DNA of 64,000 nucleotides, taken from contig JBNZDD010013730.1 in the NCBI GenBank assembly GCA_050575255.1, positions 4,455,316 through 4,519,315 of the forward strand, in the 5' to 3' direction. Under the pieces are notes generated by a model. The model was given only the letters and a program-made list of their open reading frames with translations. It was not told the DNA's origin and did no database searches. The translations under genes and the position numbers were made by a program. The stretch is from Harriotta raleighana (lineage: Eukaryota). How positions within the stretch are numbered: the stretch's first letter is position 1; each line of letters starts with the position of its first letter. Positions 1 to 12,799 of the stretch are shown piece after piece.

Positions 1-9
1 CTGCCACCA

Positions 10-184
10 TGTTATATTCGAGATATAAAAGAGAGAACGTGGAGAGCTCGAGGTTCGTGTAAGACGGCTTTAATTAAGAGAACACCAGTGCCTGCAATTG
101 CATGTGCTACCACAGTGATCACGCGAGGTGCTATAACCGATACATCTACTTATAAGGGCATAGTGATTAGCATAATCCTACACA
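10..184 (-). mobile_element. Probable LTR of a Ty3/Gypsy-type retrotransposon (5' LTR; internal region would lie left of the window)
   Basis: TGT...ACA termini (10-12 and about 182-184). On the minus strand it has a TATA-like TTATAA (about 150) then ATTAAA (69-74), and is immediately followed by TGGTGGCAG (9-1), complementary to the 3' end of tRNA-Leu (..CUGCCACCA). CpG-rich relative to the flanks. Confidence 0.65.
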
Positions 185-709
185 AAGCTCATTGAAAATA
201 CAATCTATATTATTAAATACAGTATAGACAGAATGTGGCCTTTGAAAAGCGAGATGAAGAGGGACCTTTTCAACAAAAATATTCTAATTTAGTCCACCAA
301 ATTACTCCCAAAGTTTGTAAATCCGATTCTGTTCTTAAAGACAAATTTTTTAAACTCTGCTTTACTAGGCTTTAGATGGTGAGTGATTATACTGAGGTGT
401 TGGTGGAAGGAGAAATGAACTCATCATAAATTACCTCCAGACTACCATTGTAGACATATTAAACACGTTCATAACAGACTTGGACTGCGTATGTAACAAC
501 CCTTGTGTGCCATTAAAATAGAGACTCAGTCAATATACTACGATACAATTCAGCAAGGGTTATTGTAAACCTGTTAATAGCATTCAGCTAGCTGGAAAGA
601 TGAATAGTTTTGACATGCCTAGAGTGTAGAGCTCCAGATATATTGACAATTGAAAAGCAAACAACTCTATTTTTGCACACTAAACTATACCAGCCTGACT
701 ACCTTGATT

Positions 710-1158
710 GTGGAGCCCACTAGCTCAGAGCACTCGTCTCGCAACAACAACCACTAAAATATATTTGTAGAGTGCGGGATTTCACTCCCGCACTCGGGAG
801 GATCTCTCGCATTCAAGAGATCAGGGATTGATTCCTGGCAGGGCAAAACAATGGGCAAATTTCCTTGCTCTGTACGCCTCTGTTTACCTAGCAGTAAGTA
901 GGAACTCAGTTGTTAGTTGATTGGCAGATTGCTTTTCTGGTGGTAATAACGCTTTCACAAAAATACTAAATACAGTGCTGTAATCTGTCATTCAAACCAT
1001 GACTGTTTGTGGGACACTGCTGTGCGTAATTGGCTGCTGTGTTTCAACCATAAAATATACAGTCAATTAGCTTTACAGTTAATTCTGTGAAGTGCTTTGA
1101 GGCATCTCAAAAACATGTTGAGGCACGATATCAAAATGCAAGGATTATTATCATTATT
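710..1158 (+). mobile_element. tRNA-derived SINE with Deu-like body and L2-type tail; head interrupted by a small insertion
   Basis: Head tagctcagagcactcg...gattgattcctggcagggc; body ccatgactgtttgtgggacactgctgtgcgtaattggctgctg; tail gtgaagtgctttgagg...aaatgcaaggattatta. All are shared with the copies at 50581 and 53995. Confidence 0.85.
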
Positions 1159-2250
1159 GTTGCGATGAATTCTAAAGCTACAGAGATTGTAATTGCCTGA
1201 CGGCCAGTTTCTTCCTATCAGAATGCAAGGTTACTTTATTTCGTAACTCCACTGTCTACAAATGAATGTGCATTGATGAGAACTCTTACTGCAAAAGGGA
1301 AAGAGCTTTGGAAACAAGTCGGGTATGGCAGAGGGAGGTAATTCCAGTGATTGTAGTTTACTCTATATCAATCCTAATACTGTGTTGGTTTAATTAAACC
1401 TTTTACCATGTCACCCTAAATATTCAAACTATTGAGTGTGGAGCATTATTGTTGTGATGGATTCCATTTAAGAATCACACTGATATTACACTTAAAATCA
1501 ACAAGTCTCTCAAGAAAATCATTGGTATTAACTACAATGTAATGTAGTTTACTTAAGGCTAGTCATATCAAATCCTACTCAAGGCCAGAGTGTTGAGATC
1601 AGTATTTTAGGATCAAATTTCTGTTTCCTTCCAAAGGCACAATCACCAGGATAAGCCTCCTGAGACAGGTCATTGCTGCCTGTACATGTTTCTGCCTGCA
1701 GTACATTCACCTACCTGGTACTGAACACTGAACTAGCTGCAAATAATTCTTGACTAAAGATTCACCTCAATTCAATTAAATGCCTGGCAGTATTCTAGTG
1801 TTGTGGTGACCATCCCTTCCAACAAGTCTGTCAGTAAGGAAAGAATGAAGTGTTGTTGTCAGTCATTCCTGTTTGAGTCATGGAAAATTGCAGTGTTAGA
1901 TAATTAAGCTACTAAGCTCCAGCAATATCGCCACACACACCGCAGGGTCCCCAAGTCTTGGCTCTCACCAGCCTGTGTCTAATCATTTTGGGAATTAGGT
2001 AGATAAAGTGCAATCCTCCAGAGAGAGACTGTATTTCAGACACTAGGAAATTTCCATGCATAGCTGACATAGATATGTGGCACTCTCCATCTAGTTTCTA
2101 AACATGGTGGTGGGTTTCCACATGTGTCAGACACCTGGCTGCCCATTAGAAACACAAAAGGAAAAGGTGGAAATTGACTGTGAAAGGACCACAACAGTAA
2201 TGGATTCTACCTGTTATTGGAATAATAGAATTTCAGAATCATAAGACATT

Positions 2251-2741
2251 GCAGTGAACACCAGTCTGCCAAACTTCACATTTAACCCCTGTTGTTCCAA
2301 TGTTCTTATAAAGTGTCCAGTACAGAGACGTATTCTATGTACAGTATTTTGTTATGTATTTTAAATTTGAACCGCTGAGGTTAACCAAAATCCGTGTTAA
2401 TGAAATCAAAGTGTATTTTAATATGATTGTGTTTGAACAATATCTAGTATAACCCAAGAGAATATAATTACCGTCCAACAGAAATTGGCAGTATTTTTNG
2501 CAGTGAACACCAGTCTGCCAAACTTCACATTTAACCCCTGTTGTTCCAATGTTCTTATAAAGTGTCCAGTACAGAGACGTATTCTATGTACAGTATTTTG
2601 TTATGTATTTTAAATTTGAACCGCTGAGGTTAACCAAAATCCGTGTTAATGAAATCAAAGTGTATTTTAATATGATTGTGTTTGAACAATATCTAGTATA
2701 ACCCAAGAGAATATAATTACTGTCCAAATTGGCAGTATTTT
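2251..2741. repeat. About 245-bp near-identical duplication split by a single n (2499); likely contig-overlap artefact
   Basis: 2251-2498 is repeated at 2500-2741 with a small indel (ccgtccaacagaaattgg vs ctgtccaaattgg). Confidence 0.85.
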
Positions 2742-3009
2742 AAAAAAAAATAATAAACCTATATGGTTTATTTAAAATATTTTACAACCAGCGTGGAATG
2801 TGCTCCAGTAGAAAGCTGTAGGTGATAAATTCTAGGCACATCAAGTTTAGGCATTAAACTTGAGTTTGGGCATTAAAAAAAAATAATAAACCTATATGGT
2901 TTATTTAAAATATTTTACAACCAGCGTGGAATGTGCTCCAGTAGAAAGCTGTAGGTGATAAATTCTAGGCACATCAAGTTTAGGCATTAAACTTGAGTTT
3001 GGGCATTAA
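2742..3009. repeat. About 133-bp tandem duplication containing a CR1-like scrap
   Basis: taataaacctatatgg...gagtttgggcattaa starts at 2751 and again at 2884; there is no n between the copies. Confidence 0.8.
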
Positions 3010-3049
3010 GTTTAGGCATTAAGGTTAATAATACTAAAAGAAATCCATT

Positions 3050-3130
3050 TTGATCCAGTGCTTCGAGCCGTCTCAAAGTGCTTCACAGAATGTACTGTAA
3101 AGTGAATGGCCAGTACACTTTGTGGACAAA
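3050..3130 (-). mobile_element. SINE 3' fragment
   Basis: tctcaaagtgcttcacagaatgtactgtaaagtgaat is the reverse complement of the SINE tail. Confidence 0.65.
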
Positions 3131-3904
3131 ATAGTTGAGGGTTGTCAGATGGAACACAATGTCATTTTCTGGCCTAAGACATTCCTATGTAAGGTTCCAG
3201 GTTGATTTGCTTCATAGCTTTGTCTATTACAGCACATTGATCCTGGCTTTCTGCCAGTACAGGTTTAGTAGCAACCACATTGATGGCTTCAGAAATATTT
3301 TTAAATCTACAGACCCTTTCTGTTCCTGTGCTCTTGTGAGTAGTGAACTTGGATAGAATGTTATCAGAAATATGTATTTTTTTTTCACAATGGAGTTAGT
3401 CTCATTTCTATTAGACTATAAATAATGCTTTATGTAGCAGTAAATAATTCTCAGTGTGTTCTACTGTACTTCAATATTGCTGAACAGCTTTGAGAGAAGA
3501 ATGTGGAATGGAAGGCAAAGACATGCAGAGCTGTTCAAGTGTTTTCTGTTATAACAAGTGGAGTCAAATTCACTTATGATGTTTGCTTAAATCTTTAATT
3601 CCTTACAGTGTAGTGGGGCATGAAAATTGTCACTAAATTCTGATTTTAACCCTGATTTATCTGTAGTTGGACATGCAAAAAAGTTTGCACGTGAACAATA
3701 TCAGCTCTTGAAAGACAGCTCTTGTTTCTTCTTGTGGGAAAGAATACATTTTGAGTTTTTTAACTGGTCTGAAAGATTCAAAGTTGACATTAAATATGAC
3801 TTCTGTAATTGAAAGCAAGAACCTTAATCTGCTTGCATTTGCTCCTGTATCTTGTATCCTAACATCCTAAGTTTAGGCTTATACTAAAACTTATATTTTG
3901 TTAA

Positions 3905-4030
3905 CAATACTAAAAACAATTCTTGCACTTGATACAGCATCTTATCACCTCTTCGAGATATCTCTCAAAGTGCCTTCACATAAAACTGTATACTCTAAAG
4001 TGAATTGACTGTATATTTTCTGGACGAAAC
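3905..4030 (-). mobile_element. SINE 3' fragment
   Basis: cttgcacttgatacagc...tctcaaagtgccttcaca...aaagtgaattgactgtatattt. Confidence 0.65.
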
Positions 4031-4934
4031 AGTCGGAAGTTGACGTACTCTTTGGAATGCCTTCTCTATTGGAATAATTGATTGTTAAACTAGCTTCTAA
4101 ATAGGCAATCTTGCATGTAATTATGATGCTTCAAGTACTGGTGGCCAACCAGTAAAATGAGAGAGAGAAATCACAAACAGGAAGTCTTTAAGTTTGCCTG
4201 TGGGAAACATGAAATTAATCTACGAAATGAATTATGTGGGGGTTGCTCTACTGGACGCATGATAGCTTTATAGAGCTGACCATTTCTACTGTTACTGATG
4301 TTTGGTCTGGACAATGTCTCACACACATCAGGGGATCATCAATATTCCAGCCAATTTTCCAGACTCCTCTACGCTAACTTCCTTTTAATAATTCCGTTTA
4401 TGATTACTGTGTGTGGTAAAGTGCGTCTGGGAAAGAGTTAAGGAGGCGTGCATTTTACGAGATGTTTCAAAACTAATTTTAAAAAGTGATATGTCGGATG
4501 TACTGTATTACACTATTTTTAACCTTATCATATCAATGAAATTGATCTGAATGGAAGTAAAATTCAACCCCGATCATCTAATAGCCAATTCATTCACATG
4601 AAATAAACACCTTATACAATGGTCAGCATTCCCTTGTCTCATTTCACCTGAGGTTTTACAGGTGTCTGCATTCCAATCTGGCTATACCTCAGTTCCTCCA
4701 CTTCTTCGGTTGAATAACTGGCTGTGTGTACGATACATTATATTATTAACAGTCGCAGGAAAATTTAAGCCTGCAGCAAACCTATGATTTTAGACAGGTG
4801 AAATCACTTTGCAGACTTCAAAGTTTGCTATCATATAATTTTCCTTGATTTAATCCATTTTACTCAGAGTACAGTGTACAATGCAATAAAACTGCAAATA
4901 AAATCGTTACCTGATTATATTTGTATTGTTCCAG

Positions 4935-6343
4935 GTATAGACATTCTCCAGAAACTTGGTTTCACAGAAAACAAAGGACAGAACCCGTCCTCATCACCTA
5001 CGCAAACATGGCCATCACTTTCATTACCTCAGGGTGTCCTGATGACAGAGTCTGGCATCATGCTGTCAAGCGAAGCCCACATTGAGACAGAAGCAGCAAG
5101 CATCATACCACTAGATATTGGAAGTGAATTCACATTAATAGCTAGCCTCCGCTCTCATAGAGTTAACAATGCCTTTCTTTTTAGTATTAGAAATAAAAAC
5201 AGACTACAGTTTGGTGTACAGATTTTACCAAGAAAGTTAGTCGTATATGTTGCAGAAAAGCCATCTGTATATTTTGATTACAATGCTCACGATGGACAGT
5301 GGCATTCATTTGCTATTGAAATTAAAGGTAAAACTGCTTCCTTTTTTGCCGACTGTGGTAAAAAACATTTCAGCAAAGAGCTCCTTAAAAAGCCACAGAA
5401 ATTTGCTTCAAATAGCAAACTCATTTTAGGAAGAATGAACTTCAAATCAGCTCCATTCGAAGGTGTCATTTGCCAGCTAGATATTTATCCAAATGCTCAA
5501 GCTTCTACAAACTATTGTAATTATGTGAAGAAACAATGTCGTCGGGCGGACACGTATCGATCTCAGCCACCTTCATTAACAACTCCTTCTTATAAAGACT
5601 CCAGATCTCAGTTAATGTCCTCTCCATTGGGTGAAGGAACACAACCAAGCAGCTCCTCATTAATCTCACTTTATGAAGAACAGGAAAGGGTTCAGGATGC
5701 TACCATGTATTTAAATCAATCATTGACAAGCAGCACAGAGCCAACTGCAGTTAGAAGCTCTCCTGATCCAAGTGTTTCTTTTACATCAGCTGTGACTACA
5801 ACATCGCCAACTCCTAACAGCACTGATCCCATGCAGTTACATCAGACCTTGACCACTGACATTGAAACTTGGCTTGTGGAGGCCGTGACTGGGCAGCCAT
5901 ACGTCAGCTTTAATCCTGGGAATGCGGAGGAATCCTCCTTAGAGCAGAAAACAAACGAAAATCGATCCGACAATACTACCGAAGGCGACAGAGGAGGCAC
6001 ATTGCTGTCAGCGGTTAAAGAGTTGCCTCCTCTTACTTCGCCCGTGACACAAAGTAAGATAACAGAAAGTCTGAACAAAACCAACCAGTCCGGAGTTGTC
6101 AAACAAAAACCAGATGAGCTCATGGAAATACAGATGATAAATGTCACCTTGTATAGGTCGTCGCAGGCAAGCTCTTCAAATAATCAATTTGATTTATGGG
6201 ATGAAAACATTCACTCTAATGAGTATACAGAACATATCATGGAAAAGCCTTACGACATCGATATTGAAAGCTACGACTATGAATATGGAGACCTTTATGA
6301 TTACGAAGGTTTGAAAGGGTCGAAAGGGGAGCCAGGTCCAGAG
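4935..6343 (+). CDS. COL24A1: Collagen alpha-1(XXIV) large N-propeptide exon: TSPN/laminin-G domain, variable region, start of minor helix
   Basis: Acceptor tgttccag|GT (phase 1), donor GAG|gtaagt; 1409 nt open. Reads GIDILQKLG..SLRSHRVNNAFLFSIRNKNRLQFGVQILP..HDGQWHSFAI..DCGKK..FEGVICQLDIYP..NYCNYVKKQCR (four Cys of the TSPN domain) and ends GLKGSKGEPGPE. Matches my recollection of vertebrate COL24A1. The ORF-track 'start' at 4874 is intronic read-through. Confidence 0.93.
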
Positions 6344-9055
6344 GTAAGTCTTTTAAATGTACAGTAAATGAATTAAAAATGCATGTGTTAAGTTACTGTG
6401 GCAAGGAAGCATTCAACAGGAGTACGCACAAATTTAGTTAGTTTTGGCAAACTTTCACACTGTGTCTTATGCTACTTGCTAGTGAAACATTAGAATTGGA
6501 ATTGATTCATATTATTTAAGCCAATTCTTAAAATGCCAAAAGATATGCATGGCAGAAACATAAGAGCTATCAACAGCAATATGAAAAGGATTAAAGTTTC
6601 TGTAAATTCTACAGTGCTTTTACTGGAAGTGGATTTCTGTCTTCTGCCAAAGCTTTCAAAGTGTTTCTGCCTTTGGACACTGATAGTTAAGTTTGTTCAA
6701 GGAGGAGCATGGTAGACAAGCCAGATGTCTTAGAGTATGCGGTTGTAAATGTCATTGCTGCTCACTTGGAACAAAACCGTGCCAGTTAATTTTGTTAGTT
6801 AATATCTGAAACACTGGGATTGAAACAATACATTTCATTTATTTACTTGAAGTGTTTTAACTGAAATGTGAATGTACGGTAAATTGCTCGAGATTTTTTT
6901 AGTTTATTCTGCCTCTGTCTCTTCAGTCTTTGATTAAATCATTGACTTCTCCCCCTTTTATTTGCATGGAACAACTGAGACGAACTGCATGTCCTAGAAT
7001 ATAGTTTTACATAAGATGTTGAGCTGTCCATTCAGAGTCTAGTTTGGGGATTTTTTGTTTGGTCAGTGGGTGTTTTGACACAAATCCGCTTTCCTCAACA
7101 ATGAAGACAACTCTTGGCAAGTTTCCCGTTGCTTGTCCGGGTGGGACCACCCTACCCACTCATTTGGCTTTTAAGGTTAACAAGAGCTGAGTGGGTTGGA
7201 TCCCTGCCCCAACTGAGGTGGGGAATAAATCAAATGCTCACTGAAACAAACGTAAATTGTGTTTGTAACACAAAATATAACTCTTGAGATGTCTCTGCTT
7301 CACTTCGTAAATAGTATTGAGTGAACCTTTTTGGCCCAATCTGTTCGAGAATTGGTTTATGCAAGTAGAGTGTGTTTGTGACATTTTTGAAGAATGTCAC
7401 CCAATTGCACAACCAAAGCAGAAGTCATCACTTGTGAATTATGATCCTAGAAAATATCAACGTCTGATAGTTGGAGTAATACAATCGCAATCAACTGACA
7501 CATAACTTTTATAAGGTGTTGGTTCTGATCCAACTGCTATCCGAAAATCTTTTTTTGGCACTGCTGTTTGGCTGATGTCTGGTGCTGGATACTGTAACCA
7601 GTTTAGTGATCTTGCACATCTACGTTTACTCATCTCTGACTGTGTTAAAAGGGCAAAGTAATACAGTATCCAGAATGAACTGAAAAACTAACAGCCATTA
7701 ATTATTTTCTGACTCTTTTTATTGCACACCGTGCTTGGACTGATTCACAGGGAAAATAATTATTGTGCATTTCCGCACTCATTTCCCCGAGACTTTTATA
7801 TATCTTGGCAGAATCTGTGCAGGTTTACATCACTATGGAAGTGCGCAGCAGAATCTTAACAAAATGCAGGAGTCTGACACAATCCTTCATGCTTTCACAG
7901 AAGAGTAGCATTTTCAGATCCACAGTTCCATAGAATAGTTGGATTCCTGATTGCATAGTTTTACCGGTTGACTTGAAAGCTGATTGACTGCCTGATCGAT
8001 GGGAAAATTACAGATAAATTTGGATAGGATGAATGTTCAACTCCATTTCAAATGTGTGATTAAGCAAAGGATAGTAGAGAAATGGATTAAGCACAAAAAT
8101 CACGAGAAACAAATAATGAAATTGACCTCTCGTGGACTGGGACTATTTTGTAACTTCACCAAGGAATGTAGCTTAATTTTGGTGTACGAAGCACAATTTT
8201 TAACAAAAATAAAGCAAATACTGCAAGAAAGAATCATGGAATACTTAAACACTTTGTCACATGTGAGCCCTGCAGTTAGTGTTCCTGAAATGAAAAATAA
8301 TTGGTGCACTAACGCAACAGGAGCAAATTCAAGGCTACTTCATATACAATAATGTAGTCTTAGGTTTTCCCCAGTATTGTTGAGTAATCCACCTCATCTA
8401 TTGCTGTTCCAGAGCTACAAGGAAATAACTGCATGTACAAGCTCGTGCACGTTTTGTTGTTTCAAAGGCTTAATTCACAACTTATTTCTGGTGCTGGGCC
8501 TTTATATAGCTGAGGAGGGTTTACACAAGTCAGCTGGTGTAAAATGTACCACGTTGCTATTTTGTAGGAACTTCCCAAACCCACAGGACCCAAGAAGGTA
8601 TGGCTGGTGATTATTTAGCCAGCCACGATTACATTTGTCACTTTGCTACTTCAGAAACAGCAGTTAAAAAAAATTCCTCTTTAGGAAGGTCTGTCTTGTT
8701 TACTTTGCAGCATTGCCAACTGAAGACTGGGCTGCCATAGTTAGCTAAGCTGGGCAAGTAATGGGGCATTATATTGCTAGCCAAACTACATACAGTCATT
8801 CCCATTACTTTGAAAATGACCCACATCGACAGAAGGCAGTGTTTTCTCATGGATTTCTGTTAAACAGTTGTCTAATTCAGTCTCTGAGTTAACTTTAAAA
8901 TTTTGCTATTTTTAGTTCAGTGATTTAGAATCTCATCTAAACTTTTGACTTGAGTTCCTGCTTGTTTGTGCACTCTCAGTCTTTAATATTTTGCCAAAGC
9001 AGTTTTTAACCTCTTAATGAATCCTCTTAATATATCAAGGTTGAAGTAGTAATCA

Positions 9056-9100
9056 TGTGTATGTATATATATATATAGATATATATCTATATATATATAG
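9056..9100. repeat. (AT)n-type microsatellite
   Basis: gtatatatatatatagatatatatctatatatatatag. Confidence 0.8.
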
Positions 9101-10585
9101 CACATCAAAACAGGTTTGAATTGTAACATAAATACAATGGGACAAATGTTTTTGTGCTGGTAAGCTTCTATGTTTTTATGTAATTTCCGGGATCCCCTAA
9201 TCACTTTAAATAATAGGTTACCAGAGATGTATTGGAAACATTACTTGGTTATTTCCTTTTTTTTTGTTTAGAATTTTTCTTTCTCCTGTGATTTGCTTTC
9301 AAGACCTTTCAAAGAGTCCTTCAGGGTTAAATGTCACGTAAAGCTGATGGAAGAGACACAGATATCTGCAGCTAATGCACCACAGTCGGGTTCGGCTATT
9401 TGCTGCTTCTACAGATCTAGAAACAGTTTTGATGAATTTAGCAGCTGTTTGAATAGGATACAAATCTCTCTTGGCAGGGTGGGCAATGATGATATTGTGG
9501 GCAGTCACTGGTTAGTTAGTTAGCATCAAATCCAGTTAGTTTATCATCCAAATTTGAAGTGATGAGGTGATCCCAGAAGTTACATAAAAAAACAGAACAG
9601 TGTAACACTGAAGGGAGTTACTTGTTCCCATTTCTTCTGCATTTGGGCTATAATGCCACATGCTCAGATGACGACAGTATCGTGGCTGTGAATGGTTAAC
9701 TTTACCTGACCGGTTGCCACCTTCCAAAATGGTTGGTAGCAAAACTGAAATTAGTATGTCCATGTGTGTCAATTTGATTTCTAAATTTTGTACCATCATT
9801 TTGGCATGAGGTTTATTTTTTCCGCCTATTTTAACCCGTTCCGCTCCTCCGCTCCGGATCAGCATTCTTAATCTAGGATTTATGGAGCTTGCTCCACTTT
9901 AAGTAGATGCCATAAATTAGTTTACAGTGGCTTGATAAAGCTGTAATACCTTAACTAACCAAACGTACAAATGTTTAATGATATGGTGATCTGACCATAA
10001 ATTTACACCATGTTTCATAGAAAGAGCAATAACAAAGAGTTATTTATAGCTTTGCTGAAACAGTATCAATTGAGAGACATGACTCCGTGTTTTAAAATAC
10101 TCAATAACATGTTTTATCGATTAATAAAATATATTGGCCAAATAACTTCACAGTGATCAACTGCTGATTATAATGCCTGCGTGAATCTGCAGTTACTGAA
10201 TCAGGCAGAAAGTGACAAGAATCCACTACCAGCACATATCTGATTCAAAGTACACAAAGTACACATCACATTAAAACAGTCCGCAACTGAAACCCATTTG
10301 AGCTTCAACTCTCACACGTTATATGGTGCCTTTGATTAGATTAGGATTTTGTAATTACATCCAGATATTGATTGCACCTTACAAAAGCTTACACCCACGA
10401 TAAAGTAATTGCAAAAAAATGTTTTGTTACCTCTGTGGATATGCATTGGGAAATGTACATTCAATTACTGGTCTTGTTTGTTTGTAAGTTTGTCATTGAG
10501 CTCCTAATACTTATTTGAATTTTATAAAACGTTTATTATCAGCAGATATCTTTTATCTAAATCATTTTTTTTTCTCCCCTACAAG

Positions 10586-10639
10586 GGACCTCCTGGTCCA
10601 CCTGGTCTACCTGGTCCCACTGGAAGAAGAGGCCCAAGG
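10586..10639 (+). CDS. COL24A1: COL24A1 54-nt exon GPPGPPGLPGPTGRRGPR (minor helix)
   Basis: ttctcccctacaag| ... AGG|gtgagt; 6 Gly-X-Y triplets, phase 0. Confidence 0.95.
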
Positions 10640-11019
10640 GTGAGTACAAAAGCAACATGTGATGCCAACCTTACAGTCTATTCACTGTACTCACTCCACC
10701 GACTTTTCTATTGGAATCTGTGCAGTAAAGGCTGTTGTAATGTTTAACACTACAATGTCTTGTACATCGAAGTAGAAGAATCTGTAACCCTTGTAATGTT
10801 CCATGACATCAAAGTTGAGTGAAGTTTGTACTTATAGAGGCACTTTCCAAGAACAATGACATATTTCTTTTGTGGTTTACGTAAAGAAGTTCAACTTGAC
10901 AGTCATTTGGGGGGAATCCTTCGGATACTGCAAACTGATAACAATTGGTGTAATATGAGCTGCCATAAATAGTTTATCAAATGGTCTCCTGAATTAACGG
11001 TGGCAAACTACGCAACCTG

Positions 11020-11820
11020 ATATGCGTAGATTTCCAAAAGGCCTTTAACAAAATATCACTCAACAGATTCCTTTGAAAGAGTCTCAAGGTTAGGACATGG
11101 ATAAATTCACTTCAAAAGGAAGGGTATTTTAGTGTGGTCATACAGAGAGTTGGATCACAGTGGAGTGAAGTGTTCCTGCTGTGATGTTCTTTTTCCTTGT
11201 ACACAAACTGTTTTGGATTTGAAGAGTTTGTGCAAGGAAGAAACTGGCAGATTTTTTTTACATACCGATGGCTGTTTGGATGTTAGCTTTAGTAAGGGCT
11301 ATGATTCCCTTAGTAGACAAATATCTGAAAAGGAAACATGTCATAAGGTATGTGAAAAGGATACAAGCTAAATGGACAAACAGCCCCAATAGCTGAATTG
11401 CCTCCTCTGTTGGAAATGTCTATAGTAATTAAATGTACAGGTGCCCCCAAGCTACTGGACGTGGAATGGAAGAAACCAACAAAGATCTAACAAAGAGAGA
11501 TTGATAGGTTTTACATGTGGGCGAACCACTGGTAAATTATGTTCTTTATGGATAAACGCTAGGTATTGCATTTTGGTAGTAAAGATAGGAAGAATATGTA
11601 CTCCACAGCTGGGATAGAATTTGCCAAAGGGGAATTTAAAACAGATCTAGGACTGTTAGTTGACATTTTCCTCGTCTTTGCCAAACAGTGTGAGGCAGCA
11701 ATAAATATAATAAACAGAATGCTGAGTTACATTGCCAAATCCTCAGACAGTATTTTACCATTCTGTGTTCGAACACAATAGGATCAGACCCAGGACCTGG
11801 AAGAGGTGCAGAGGAAAACA
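11020..11820 (+). mobile_element. Decayed CR1 LINE fragments (RT region and 3' end)
   Basis: Remnants of DFQKAF (gatttccaaaaggccttt), LHFGSK, and QCEAAI..NRMLSYIA; 3'-end-like gctgaattgcctcctctg near 11390. Confidence 0.7.
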
Positions 11821-12799
11821 ATGAGCTTCAGTAACAATTGAACTCATTTGAATTCCAAGTTTTCTGAAATAAATATTTGATTCAAAAGCCTCTTAACTGG
11901 ACTTGGTGAAGAAGAGGGTTGTTGCCACAATTGGGGAAACGAAAAGAGTTAGCGTTCTGGAAAGGCATCCAATAGACCAAAAGAGCTGTCTTCACCCGAA
12001 CGCCTCATTTGAACTCGTTACAAATTGAAGTCGACTATGATTGTAGCCAGCAGTCCAGCGCTCTATCTGCAGTCAACTGAGTGGATGAACACCAGGATAC
12101 CTATCAAAAGGATGCTATTCGAACCTATTGCGTTTCATTTTTTCCAGAGAGGGAATTGGCCAGGGAAATTTTCCAGGGTGCTCAGCGTTGACGAGCTCGG
12201 TCTGAAACGCTGAAACACGTTAATTATTTCATACGTGAAATCATTTTGTAGTATTGTTCTCGAGCAAATGGCCACATTCAAAATATGAAATTGTTGAGAA
12301 TTATATTTCTTTAAAATAGGATCCTGCCTGCTAGCTGCACAGTTTCTGTGAGAATGATGCTCCTTTGCTTTGCAGCCAATTTTGGGGGTTATTTTCAGCG
12401 ATATTTGACCTGCAAATAAACTATTTTTCAGTGAATAGCTTGGCTTTGTTCACCTTGGCCATTCTCCAAACTGGTTTCAAATTGCGTCGTTTTGAAACAA
12501 TGTGGCTTTTTTTTCCTTTAGTGAATGGTACGGAGGATTCTTTAAATCAAATTGACGCTTTAAGAAAATGATTCTAAAAATACACCATTGCTTAATTAAT
12601 TTTTAAAAAAAACCTTCGTCAGTCAGAAAGTATACTTTTATCACTGTTAAACTAATCACCCTAAAACATGTATAAATAAGTGAAACTCTGATGATGCAAT
12701 TCAACCATTTGTTTGGGTTTAAAATAGTCTGTTACTCAGCAAGCTTATTTTTTCTCTGGTTATCATTTGTTTGTATATAGCCTTCTTTATAGCAATTTT

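Noticed and set aside
4874-4934. N-terminal extension of the 497-aa ORF (MYNAIKLQ...)
   Set aside because: It starts at GTG in intronic sequence upstream of a clear acceptor and encodes no signal peptide; the true 5' exons are outside the window.
12180-12225. Hammerhead/Penelope-like ttgacgagctcggtctgaaacgctgaaac
   Set aside because: The core CUGANGA is imperfect (UUGACGA) and I cannot build stems I-III.
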